Positions 47,563 through 56,616 of a DNA stretch of 57,061 nt are shown here, piece by piece; position 1 is the stretch's first letter, and every line of letters starts with the position of its first letter. The DNA lies in the NCBI GenBank assembly GCA_016180645.1, contig JACPAV010000034.1, forward strand, positions 1 through 57,061. Reading direction: 5' to 3'. The stretch comes from Nitrospirota bacterium (lineage in GTDB: Bacteria > JACPQY01). A program made the translations under genes and the position numbers. The notes beneath the pieces were generated by a model. The model did no database searches, was not told the DNA's origin, and was given only the letters and a program-made list of their open reading frames with translations.

Positions 47563-47737
47563 AGCGATCAGCCATCAGCCGTCGGCTTTCAGCCTCTGGA
47601 CATAGATAGGCGCAGGACGCAAGACGCAGGCAGGAGCGATCCGTCCCGCGCAGGTGTCTTGCATCACGACCCGTCTCCCGCGTCTTGCGGCTCCTCTTGA
47701 TCCAAGGCTGACCGCTGAGAGCTGACCGCTGAACGCT
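47563..47737. repeat. Nested inverted arrays of degenerate heptamers: (TCAGCNN)n outer, (GCAAGAC)n-like inner
   Basis: 47563-47595 is the approximate reverse complement of 47705-47737; inner 47612-47630 pairs with about 47655-47689. Confidence 0.75.
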
Positions 47738-47792
47738 TACAAGATGCTAGAAACGCTTGACATGCCATTTAGCTTTTCATTTCGGGGGTTGC

Positions 47793-47821
47793 TTGACATG
47801 CCGGCCCGGGTTTTGTAGCGT
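47793..47821 (+). promoter_or_regulatory. Putative sigma70 promoter TTGACA-N17-TAGCGT
   Basis: Consensus -35 and 17-nt spacer; GCTTGACATGCC is duplicated at 47755 and 47791. Confidence 0.55.
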
Positions 47822-48229
47822 CGGCGGGCGAAGAAGGGGGAGCAGAGCGCCACTTTCTTCACCGAATCGCCCAGAGCGTGGGCTATGAGTCGTCGGGGGA
47901 GACAAGAGAGGATACGGGAATCCTTAGAGTCCATAAAGCCAGGTTGACCGCCAGTGCGGTCGTCATGCCGCCATCACTCCATTCTCCGAGTTCCGGAATC
48001 TCCCTGCCGGCAGGCCCAAGTGAAAGGGCCGTGTTGCTGAAGCGAGCCTTAGCACCTCCTTCGACGCCAAGACCGTATCGTGGTTCCACTCGTCGTCCCG
48101 ATGCCAGGACTTCATCATTCCACTCATCGTCCCCGCATGGGGGCCGAAGCGTAGCAGAGGGGGCGAGACAGGGCCCCGGCCTGCCGGCGCTGCTGCTCAT
48201 TGACCTCATGTCTCTGAAAGGAGCCTGAC

Positions 48230-49768
48230 ATAAAACGATTTTCGATCTCACACGGATCTCCACGCAGCTTGGGTTGGCTTGTCGTGTGCCTCTTTTCGTT
48301 GGCCGTCAGCCCGTGTGAGGAACAGGACAAAACGAAAGGCCCTACGCGGATCGGCCCCGAGGGCGGCGTGGAAAAAGGGCCGAACGGCTCGGAGGTGATC
48401 ATTCCGGCGGGATCGGTGGGCACGGATTACTCGGAGTGGCAAAAGTGCAAGCCCGAAGAATGCGGGGTGCCGACCGACGTTGAGATTACCAAGGAATCCG
48501 TCCCGAAAGATTTGGTCCCGCCGGAGGGGGCGGAGGTATTCAGCGACGTGTACATTGTGCGGGCGTCAAGACACGTCTTCGCGCCGAACCCCGTTTCCAA
48601 ATACATGTTCATCATTAAGATCCCGCTGAAGGACAGGGTGGCGCCAGGGGAGGAGGTGTGCTCGACGGATTTGGCGGAGTTGTGGTGGTGCACCGATTTT
48701 GAGGGGGAAGACTTGGATCCCTCGGGCCGGTTTGTGCTTGCGCGTTCGGCCGAACTCTACGGTCCCGACAGCCCGGCCGTCATCCGACTTCCGGGTACGC
48801 CTACGGAACTCAAACTCGTTGTATTCCGAAAGACCCCGGAGAAGCTTCCTCAGGTGGCGCCCCAGCGAGCCTCCGTGAGCGGCAGGTATTTCGAGGCATT
48901 TGCCCCCAAGGGGATTGCGCCTCAACAGGTTCAGGCCGTCTTGACTTCTCTCGACGCGTCGATCGAGACGTACCGACGCTTGGGTTTCCGAGAACCGAAG
49001 CTCGATGCCTTCTCGGGATCACAGGCTTTCCGGTTGCGGATACTGCGGAACACCACCCCGCCCTGCACGGATCCCAACCTCTTGGGTCAATACGAACCGC
49101 AACAAGTGGAACAGAATGGGGTTCGTGCCCCGAGCGGTTGGCGGCCCCACCTCATCATCTGCCAACGCAGCCTGTCGGAACCGGCCGTGCTCCAGACCAC
49201 CGCCGCGCACGAGCTTTTTCATGCGATCCAGTTTTCCTATTTCAACTGGCCGCGGTTCCGAGACGCCTGGGAGGAAGGGAAACCCCTTCTGTGGTTCACC
49301 GAGGGTTCCGCCGAGGCCCTCGCTGGAACCGTGGCTGCGGGCGGCACGCCGCAAGCCACGAGCGATTACGATCCACTCTCGCTCAAAGACTCCGTCTTGG
49401 CGGACCGTGTCTGTGAAAACCGGGGAGGCACGCTTTGCTACCAGGCGCAGGATTTCTTCGTCTTCCTCGCCCTGAGCCGGACCGACTCGATCTGGGGCTT
49501 CCTCAAGCAAGCGCTCCAGGCATTTGCCGTAGGCACAGACGCCGTTTCCGCCCTGGAAGCCGCACTCGCGCCGGGATCGATTCAGAAGAGCTACCTCGCG
49601 TTTGCCGAGGAACGCGCCTACCGGCATGCGCAAAAAATTCACGCCGCGGAAATTCCACTCAAACAAGCCGCGCCGCGGCCCCGACCGAGGAAAATCACGG
49701 AAACTTTTCTGCGTGGCGGGAGCAGCGCGATTATTTCGCGCCAGTCTTGTCTTCGCCTTACCGACTGA
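48230..49768 (+). CDS. Secreted/lipoprotein with HExxH zinc-metallopeptidase-like domain; possibly degraded
   Basis: AAHELFHAIQ...WFTEGSAE; signal-like N-terminus; in-frame ATA at 48230 after an AAGGAG RBS (first standard start is TTG at 48269). Confidence 0.7.
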   Translation: MKRFSISHGSPRSLGWLVVCLFSLAVSPCEEQDKTKGPTRIGPEGGVEKGPNGSEVIIPAGSVGTDYSEWQKCKPEECGVPTDVEITKESVPKDLVPPEGAEVFSDVYIVRASRHVFAPNPVSKYMFIIKIPLKDRVAPGEEVCSTDLAELWWCTDFEGEDLDPSGRFVLARSAELYGPDSPAVIRLPGTPTELKLVVFRKTPEKLPQVAPQRASVSGRYFEAFAPKGIAPQQVQAVLTSLDASIETYRRLGFREPKLDAFSGSQAFRLRILRNTTPPCTDPNLLGQYEPQQVEQNGVRAPSGWRPHLIICQRSLSEPAVLQTTAAHELFHAIQFSYFNWPRFRDAWEEGKPLLWFTEGSAEALAGTVAAGGTPQATSDYDPLSLKDSVLADRVCENRGGTLCYQAQDFFVFLALSRTDSIWGFLKQALQAFAVGTDAVSALEAALAPGSIQKSYLAFAEERAYRHAQKIHAAEIPLKQAAPRPRPRKITETFLRGGSSAIISRQSCLRLTD

Positions 49769-49810
49769 AGGGGGAGAACGGATGGTACAAGGATATGAAA
49801 GGAGTTCTGA

Positions 49811-50536
49811 ATGAGAAACAAGATGGGAACGAGAAAACGCATCGCATGGGCATTCCTGCCCGCCGCCTTTGCGCCGGTGTTCATTGGGGGATGCGCCTCC
49901 ATGTCCGCACTCCAGACGGCCCGCACGTTGCCCCAAGGTCAGGTTGTGGTCGTTGGGGCCGCAGGGGTGACGGGGGTCCATGTCGAATCAAGTGACCCCG
50001 GTGCAGGGGACGAGGATTTTGTCCTACCGGTGGTTGAGTCCATGGCCCGCCTGGGTGTCTGGCCAGGCCTGGATGTCGGACTCAAGTACTTTGTAGGAGG
50101 CATCCTCGCGGACGCGAAATATCAATTCCATGGACGAGAGCCCGCATCGGACACGGGATTGGCTGCGGGTTTCGGTGTGGACTACTCGGGGCGGGACGTG
50201 AACTGGTGGGATCTCTATTTCCCGATCTATGCCAGCTACGATCCATCCGAGTGGTTCAGCGTGTATGGCTCGCCTCGATATGTCCTGCGCCTAGCCGACA
50301 CCCTGGGAAACCACCATCTCCTCGGGGCCGTAGGGGGGATTGCGATGGGCAAAGAGAAGCGAGTGTTTATTGAGGCCGGATACATGCTGGACACGGGGCT
50401 CGGCCTCGTAAAAGGACCTAGCTTCCAGGGAACCGTTGGACTGACGCTCGATTCAAAGCGGCTTTTCTCGCGCCGCGAATCCCCCCCAGACTCCCCGTCT
50501 TCAGCCGACGGACCGGCCGTGCCGGCTCCGAATTGA
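49811..50536 (+). CDS. Putative lipoprotein with outer-membrane beta-strand-rich domain
   Basis: Basic N-terminus, hydrophobic stretch, IGGC lipobox-like motif, alternating amphipathic strands; AGGAG RBS. Confidence 0.7.
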   Translation: MRNKMGTRKRIAWAFLPAAFAPVFIGGCASMSALQTARTLPQGQVVVVGAAGVTGVHVESSDPGAGDEDFVLPVVESMARLGVWPGLDVGLKYFVGGILADAKYQFHGREPASDTGLAAGFGVDYSGRDVNWWDLYFPIYASYDPSEWFSVYGSPRYVLRLADTLGNHHLLGAVGGIAMGKEKRVFIEAGYMLDTGLGLVKGPSFQGTVGLTLDSKRLFSRRESPPDSPSSADGPAVPAPN

Positions 50537-50629
50537 AAAGGCGAACCCATGAATGACCCAGTCACACTGTCGCGCATCTCGGCGAGTGAGAATACCTTGA
50601 ACGAATCACCCCAAAACAAAGGAGGACGA

Positions 50630-50944
50630 ATGAAAAGAACACCCTTCCTACTAGCATTGTCAACGGCCTTGGTGCTGGCCGCCTGCGCCGTTGCTCCGGC
50701 TCCCTTGGTCGGAACGCTCTACACGAATGTCTCCTACCCACGGCAGGTCTGGCACGGCCTGGAGACGTCGAAAAGAGGAGAAGCCTGCGCCTCAAGCATC
50801 TTGGGGCTCGTCGCCACCGGCGACGCCAGCATTGAGGCGGCGAAGAAGGATGCGGGGATTCACGAGGTGGCATCGGTGGACCACACCGGATCGAGCGTCC
50901 TCTTCTTCTATTCCACCTACTGCACGATTGTGACGGGCAAGTAG
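50630..50944 (+). CDS. TRL-like family lipoprotein
   Basis: AGGAGG RBS, LAAC lipobox, GEACASSILGLVATGDASIEAAK...VDH...CTIVTG. Confidence 0.85.
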   Translation: MKRTPFLLALSTALVLAACAVAPAPLVGTLYTNVSYPRQVWHGLETSKRGEACASSILGLVATGDASIEAAKKDAGIHEVASVDHTGSSVLFFYSTYCTIVTGK

Positions 50945-51173
50945 GTTCGCCTCGCCACGGGATGCGCGACAGAGTGGTTGGCCGTGGAGAAAGGATCGAC
51001 CTCGCGCTTGGTTGCGCCATGTGTGCCTACTGCGAAGGGAAAGGAGGAGAAGAGAGACGTGCCATACTTGGAGATGGGCATATTTGGACTTTGACCTAAG
51101 CTGACCACCATATCCTGTAGGACAGCCGATGGGGGGGTGAGAGTGCTAGGCTCCGCGCTTTCTAGGGAGTAGG

Positions 51174-52184
51174 ATGACATTGAGTACGGGTGTAGTCACG
51201 CGGCCGCCGCTGGAACGGTTCTGGATCATTCATCGGAGCCTGCGCGCGGGTCGAACGGAGGACGGCGAACGGCCGAGCTGCACCTCGCTGGCGCGCCTCC
51301 TCGAGGTCTCCACGAAAACGGTCCAGCGGGACATCGATTTCATGCGGGACCGCCTCAAGGCGCCCATCGAATACCACCGCGAGTCGAAATCATGGCGGTA
51401 CATGCGCGATGACTACGCGTTTGCACTGAACAGCCTATCTGAAGAAGACCTCTTCGCCCTCATCTATGGGTGCCAGGTCCTCCAGAAAATCGGCGTGGGC
51501 GCTCTGGGTGACGAACTGCTGGCGCTGGCGAGGGAGACCAATCCTTCGAATCCGTCGGGAGAATCGTCCCTTGTGTCTTTCTCCGATGAACCGGGCGTCA
51601 TCCTCGATCCGGGCATCCTGCGCCCGGTCATCCAAGGCCTGCTCAGGCGAAGGCGGTTGGACATCACATACTTCACCATCTACCGGGAGGCCGTCACCCG
51701 GCGCCAGGTGGATCCCTACCACCTCGGGAGATACATGGGGCGCTGGTTCCTGATCGGGTACGACCACTTCCGGAAGGGCAGGCGCGTCTTCGCCGTCGCC
51801 CAGATCAAACAAGTGCGCGTTCTGCGGCAGACCTTCACGGTGCCTCCGGAATTCAACCCGAGAAAATACATCGGGGAGGATGGATTCAGCTTCGAGCGGC
51901 TGAGCGGCCCGGTGAAGGTGGAGCTGGCGTTCGAGAGGCAGGCCGGACTCGTAGCCCGTGAACTCATCTGGCACAAGACCCAGCGGTTCGAGGAAGGCGC
52001 CGACGGCCGCATCCATCTTATTTTCGAGACGAAAAACCTCCAGCAGGTGCTCCGATGGGTTCTGGCCCGAGGCGCGGACGTGGAGGTTGTGACCCCCGCG
52101 GAACTCCGGCGTGAAGCGTACAAGGTCTTGTCCAAGGCCGCAGGCTTCTACGCAGGCGACAACAACAATGGGGTCAAGTCTTGA
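51174..52184 (+). CDS. HTH-WYL-WCX transcriptional regulator (PafBC/DriD-like)
   Basis: LEVSTKTVQRDI HTH, RRQVDPYHL, WFLIGY...RVFAVAQI WYL motif, WVLARG...EVVTPAELR WCX. Confidence 0.92.
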   Translation: MTLSTGVVTRPPLERFWIIHRSLRAGRTEDGERPSCTSLARLLEVSTKTVQRDIDFMRDRLKAPIEYHRESKSWRYMRDDYAFALNSLSEEDLFALIYGCQVLQKIGVGALGDELLALARETNPSNPSGESSLVSFSDEPGVILDPGILRPVIQGLLRRRRLDITYFTIYREAVTRRQVDPYHLGRYMGRWFLIGYDHFRKGRRVFAVAQIKQVRVLRQTFTVPPEFNPRKYIGEDGFSFERLSGPVKVELAFERQAGLVARELIWHKTQRFEEGADGRIHLIFETKNLQQVLRWVLARGADVEVVTPAELRREAYKVLSKAAGFYAGDNNNGVKS

Positions 52185-53176
52185 ATTGGCATTGGTTGGG
52201 GGGCTGGACGGATGGCACGACCCCTTCGAACTCAGTTCCCCGGGGCCGATCACCATGTCATGAACCGGGGACTCGATCGCGCGCCTGTCTTCGAGACCCA
52301 CGCCGATCATCAGCGATTCACCGAGCTTTTTCAGGACATTTCTCAACGTTGGGGCGCGCGCATTCTCGCCTACTGTTGCATGACCACTCATTACCATCTC
52401 TTTCTACAACCCCCCGGCGGCAACCTTTCCCGCTTCATGCGCCATGTCGATGGAGTCTACACCCAACGACTCAACCGCAACCGGGGCCGCGACGGTCCCC
52501 TTTTTCGAGGGCGATACAAGGCTGTCCTGGTCGATGTCGATTCACACCTCCTTCAACTCGTCCGGTACATCCACCTCAACCCGGTCGAGGCGGGACTCGT
52601 CGAGACGGCTGGATCATACCCATGGAGCAGTCATGGTCTCTATCGCGCCCGGAGCAAGCCCACCTGGCTGGCTCATGAGGAAGTCCTGGGTCATTTTTCC
52701 GGGCTGAAGGCTTTTGAGGAGTTTGTGGCGCGGGGGAATGATATCGTCCTCAAGACGTTCTTGGATGGGCATCGGCGCAGCCCTTTCCTCGGCTCCGCGG
52801 ATTTCCTATCCCGGGCGCTTCGCAGAACCGCCTCGTCGCGGGAGCATCCGCGTAGGGAACGCGCGCCTCAGTTTCGGACGGTGGAGGACGTGAAGGACAC
52901 CGTCACCCGAGAATCGGGAGTGGGCCGGGAGGAGTTGGAGAGATGCCGGCCCGGACGGCGGAACGGGAGGGATCTGGCCATCTACTTGGCCGCCCGTTGC
53001 GCGGGCTTTAGCCATGGGGACATCAGGGGTGGTTTTAGTTTGACCGGCGGCAGTGCGATCACCCGTGCGTGTGCGCGGGTGGAACGGTCCCTCTCCCGAG
53101 ACCGGACTCTGCGCAAGCTCTATCGAGAGATCATGCAAAAGGTGGACTCACCTATGCCAATTCAAGACTTGACCCC
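52170..53176 (+). mobile_element. RAYT-like element 1 bounded by perfect 22-bp inverted repeats GGGGTCAAGTCTTGAATTGGCA
   Basis: Arms at 52170-52191 and 53155-53176 enclose the transposase. Confidence 0.85.
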
Positions 53177-53294
53177 AAGGGTTTCCAAGCTGAACCTCCA
53201 TGGTGAAATCCCATGCAAGTGGGGGAGCGCCCACAGCGGTGGCGGGACCGAACGGGCTGCCCACGGCGAGCTCCCCGGGACCGAATTCACTTGA
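52212..53294 (+). CDS. Y1/HUH transposase (REP-associated tyrosine transposase-like) with C-terminal HTH; reads through the right IR
   Basis: HVMNRG, HYHL (HUH), RYIHLNPV (catalytic Tyr), YPWSS. Confidence 0.9.
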   Translation: MARPLRTQFPGADHHVMNRGLDRAPVFETHADHQRFTELFQDISQRWGARILAYCCMTTHYHLFLQPPGGNLSRFMRHVDGVYTQRLNRNRGRDGPLFRGRYKAVLVDVDSHLLQLVRYIHLNPVEAGLVETAGSYPWSSHGLYRARSKPTWLAHEEVLGHFSGLKAFEEFVARGNDIVLKTFLDGHRRSPFLGSADFLSRALRRTASSREHPRRERAPQFRTVEDVKDTVTRESGVGREELERCRPGRRNGRDLAIYLAARCAGFSHGDIRGGFSLTGGSAITRACARVERSLSRDRTLRKLYREIMQKVDSPMPIQDLTPRVSKLNLHGEIPCKWGSAHSGGGTERAAHGELPGTEFT

Positions 53295-53319
53295 CGCGTC
53301 ACGTGTGGGCGAGTAGCGT
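53291..53319 (+). promoter_or_regulatory. Putative sigma70 promoter TTGACG-N17-TAGCGT
   Basis: Same -10 and spacer length as the 47793 promoter. Confidence 0.5.
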
Positions 53320-53576
53320 GTCCAGCAGGATGCGAAGTACGGGGAGAGAAGGAGGGCCAGTGGTTTGAAAATCATCTCGGCCCCCCGGTCTACACGATTC
53401 CTCAACTCTCCTTGCGCATGCCGGAGAACAGATCCTGTTCGAATTCATGGTTCCATGGGATGGGCACTGACGAATGACCCCCGGGGGAGCGACGAGTTGC
53501 CGTTCGTGGTCCTTGAAGCAGATGCGTGGGGGGGCAGAGTTCAGTCAAGCGTTGCTAAACTTGACGGAGGGAACAA

Positions 53577-54623
53577 TGGGGTCAAGTCTTGACTTGATAC
53601 TACTTGGAGCGATTTGATGGCGCGGCCGTTGCGAGTCGAATTTCCCGGGGCGTACTACCACGTGATGAACCGCGGCCTCGATCGGCAGCCGGTCTTCGAG
53701 CGGGAAGCCGATCATGGGCGATTCGTGGATCTGCTCGCGGATGTCGCGACGCGGTGGGACGTCAAAGTAATGGCCTATTGCTGTATGAAGACCCACTACC
53801 ATCTTTTCTTGCAGACCCCTCGCGGGAACGTGTCTCGGGTGATGAGACATGTGGACGGACTGTACACCCAGCGATTCAACCGGGCTCGCGGGCGTGACGG
53901 TCCGTTGTTCCGAGGCCGCTACAAGGCTCTTCTGGTGGATGCGGATGCCTACCTGTTGCAACTGGTCCGGTATATTCACCTCAACCCTGTTGAAGCCGGC
54001 GTGGCGAGGTCCGCGAGGGCCTACCCGTGGAGCAGTCACCCCTTGTACCTTGCCTCGAAGAAGCCGGGATGGTTGGCGTGGCAGGAGGTGCTGGGTCGAT
54101 TCTCGAACCTTGGCGCCTTCGAGCGGTTTGTGGCGGAGGGGAACGAGGCTGCGCTGAGGGACCATATGGAGAGTGGGCGTCGGAGCCCGTTTCTGGGGGA
54201 TGGGGGATTTCTTGCCGCGGCGATCAGGAGGGCCCGACCGTCTCGGGAGCATGCGCGGAAGGAACGGACCCCGCAGTTCCCCTCCTTGGGCGCCGTGGTG
54301 CAGGCGGTGATTCGGAAGACGGGTCGGACTTCACCGGAGATCGTGAAGGGGCGTCGGGGTCGGACGAACAACGCGCGGAACCTGGCGATCTACGTTTCCA
54401 GCCGGGTGGCGGGGTTTCCGAATGCGGAGATACGGCGGCATTTCGGCCTGGGGAGCGACAGCGCCGTGACGAAGGCGTGCGTTCGGGCCGACGGCTTGCT
54501 CCGTGCGGACGGGAGGGCCAAGAGGCTGTTGAAGGGGATCACCGCGCAGCAGGAGGCGCGTGAAGAACGTTCATGATCCGACGCAAGACGGGTCGAGAAG
54601 TATCAAATCAAGACTTGACCCCA
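53577..54623 (+). mobile_element. RAYT-like element 2 bounded by 25-bp inverted repeats TGGGGTCAAGTCTTGA(C/T)TTGATACT
   Basis: Arms at 53577-53601 and 54599-54623, one mismatch. Confidence 0.85.
53617..54576 (+). CDS. Y1/HUH transposase (RAYT-like) with C-terminal DnaA-C-like HTH; paralog of 52212
   Basis: MARPLRVEFPGAYYHVMNRG, HYHL, RYIHLNPV, YPWSS, ARNLAIY. Confidence 0.92.
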   Translation: MARPLRVEFPGAYYHVMNRGLDRQPVFEREADHGRFVDLLADVATRWDVKVMAYCCMKTHYHLFLQTPRGNVSRVMRHVDGLYTQRFNRARGRDGPLFRGRYKALLVDADAYLLQLVRYIHLNPVEAGVARSARAYPWSSHPLYLASKKPGWLAWQEVLGRFSNLGAFERFVAEGNEAALRDHMESGRRSPFLGDGGFLAAAIRRARPSREHARKERTPQFPSLGAVVQAVIRKTGRTSPEIVKGRRGRTNNARNLAIYVSSRVAGFPNAEIRRHFGLGSDSAVTKACVRADGLLRADGRAKRLLKGITAQQEAREERS

Positions 54624-54711
54624 AGGGCACTTGATGTCATTTCCATGAACGTTGGAGTCAAGATTCCATGTTTCCCGGTCCAGGTTTTCCCCCGAGAAAC
54701 CGGAGAATCTG

Positions 54712-54739
54712 TTGACATCATGTGGAGATTCGATAGAGT
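54712..54739 (+). promoter_or_regulatory. Putative sigma70 promoter TTGACA-N16-TAGAGT
   Basis: Consensus -35; similar position relative to the right IR as the 53291 promoter. Confidence 0.5.
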
Positions 54740-54922
54740 ACGCTCAAGGGAGACGGATACGGGGTCGTCTGAAGGGACCCCAAGGCACTTAAACGTTGTT
54801 AAAGTACGTTGCACTGCAAAGGGGAGGGAGCAGGATGACAGTGAGGGAGGGACCGCCAGTGGGTGGAGGATTGGGGAGCAAATGAATCTCGCCGGAGATT
54901 CCGTCTGCCTTTCGCCCGTTCA

Positions 54923-55011
54923 CCCCGTTAGAGGCCCCGTGGCTTGCCACGGGGTATCTTCGCTTCAGCACAAGCCCGGGGTCCGAAGCCCGGTGCGGGG
55001 ATCTAACGGGG
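54923..55011. mobile_element. 89-bp MITE-like element CCCCGTTAGA...TCTAACGGGG flanked by TTCA direct repeats
   Basis: TTCA at 54919-54922 and 55012-55015; internal hairpin CCCCGTGGCTTGCCACGGGG. Confidence 0.78.
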
Positions 55012-56441
55012 TTCACCGGAATCTTTCATCGTTCAAGATTTTCCAAGTCAGTATATCCGTGGGGTCCCGATCCCCCATAGCCCTGCAAGATGGGCCCATA
55101 TTCGGGACCCCCGGTGCAAATTCTTCATGGCCTCACCTACTACGACGCAGAGACTTCATGGGATTTCGATTCGTCGTCCCCGAAACGGAGTGGAGGGGAC
55201 CGTACTTGGAGCTTTGCGGAGAGTGCGGTGAATTTTCTTCAACGAATTCCTCGCAACAATCCGCTGCCCGGCGATGCAAGGACTGAATGGTGTTTCCAAT
55301 CATCGTACCCCATGCCTAGGAGGGTATGGGGCCATGATATGTCGCCGCGCCCAGGATGGCGCGGCATGGACCATGGCCCGAAGCGCAGCGGAGGTGTGCT
55401 CCCAAACGTCTCCCGGGGGTCGGGCCAAGCGGTGCCGCGCTGTGTGGGTACCAGGGAGAATGGAGGGAGTCCGCCGCGTGGCGGATTCCCCCTTCTCAAG
55501 TTTCACGAAGTCCTGCGAAGGCAACGGGGAGCGAGTCCGTGGGGGCGTCCGCCAGCCGGCGGAGCCCCCCGGCAAATTTCTTTCGCCTTACGATTCACGA
55601 GTTCACTGGCTTACGGGTTCACGACTTGTGCGCGGAACGGGGAAAACCTTTTGTGTTCGTTCAACCCCCCCCATCCTGGCCTTCCCCCTCAAGGGGGGAA
55701 GGGGTGGTAGCCGCACTCCCTTGCCGAGGACGGTATGGGGCCATGACATGTCGCCGTGCCACGGACGGCGCGGCATGGAACATGGCCTTCATGGGTGCGT
55801 CTTCAGACGCAGGCGTAAAGCCTGCGCCTACCTCCTACCCCTTGAGGGTGAGGATTCAGGTGGGGGTGAACGCTTGCGTAAGCTCCATGCGAGTGGGGGG
55901 AGCGAACCGTCCGGAGTGCGTCTGTCCAGTGGCGGACGCCCCGGCAAATCAGAATACCCGCCGCCCGGTCCGCAAACGTCTCCCGCGGGCCGGGCCAAGC
56001 GGTGCCCTATCGATGCGAAGTCTCTATAGGAAAAATGCGAGTAAGGGGGAGCAGCCGGGGTTCGGGGCCGCAAAGCTCCGACCCCGGCAAATTTGCGTTC
56101 TCATGTGGGCACAAGGGAGTCCGAGGGCTGGACTGCACGGTCCGGCCCTCGGCAAGTCTCTTTCGCCCTACGATTCCCGGTTCACGGGATCACTGGCTCA
56201 CGGGTTCACGACTTGTGCGCGGAACGGGGAAAACCTTTTGTGCTCGTTCAACCCCCCATCCTGGCCTTCCCCCTCAAGGGGGGAAGGGGTGGTAGCCGCA
56301 CCCCCTTGCCGAGGACGGTAAAGCCTGCGCCTACCCCCTACCCCTTGAGGGTGAGGATTCATATGGGGCTGAACGCTGTTCTATCAACCCCAAAAGGAGG
56401 ACACCTCTATGAAACGATTTTCGATGCACGGCACATGAAAC

Positions 56442-56469
56442 CGAGAAGTATCAAGTCAAGACTTGACCC
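56442..56469. repeat. Orphan right-end copy of RAYT-like element 2
   Basis: AGTATCAAGTCAAGACTTGACCC is the exact reverse complement of 53579-53601. Confidence 0.85.
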
Positions 56470-56616
56470 GTGCGCCGTTGACGATGCGGGGGGCGACCCC
56501 AAATGTGCAGGGATGGAAGGTTGGGCTTAGGCTTTGCGGAATAAGTACAAGGCAGTTCCCCCCACCACGATGGCTACGGTCAGCCCGAAAAGCGATGAAA
56601 GGATCAACTCCATGCT

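Noticed and set aside
47822-48228. Known riboswitch or structural RNA, or the 116/126-aa ORFs
   Set aside because: Hairpins are present but I could not match a known RNA consensus by eye, and the ORFs are not protein-like; kept only as a candidate ncRNA
52170-54623. Classical IS200/IS605 with TnpB/IscB, or a DDE insertion sequence
   Set aside because: No RuvC/zinc-finger nuclease ORF and no DDE motif; the proteins have RAYT-type NPV and WSS motifs plus a C-terminal extension
54573-55286. 237-aa ORF after RAYT 2 (alternative ATG at 54882 with a GGGGAG RBS)
   Set aside because: It crosses the right IR, a promoter and a MITE and has no recognisable motif; a short degenerate gene cannot be fully excluded
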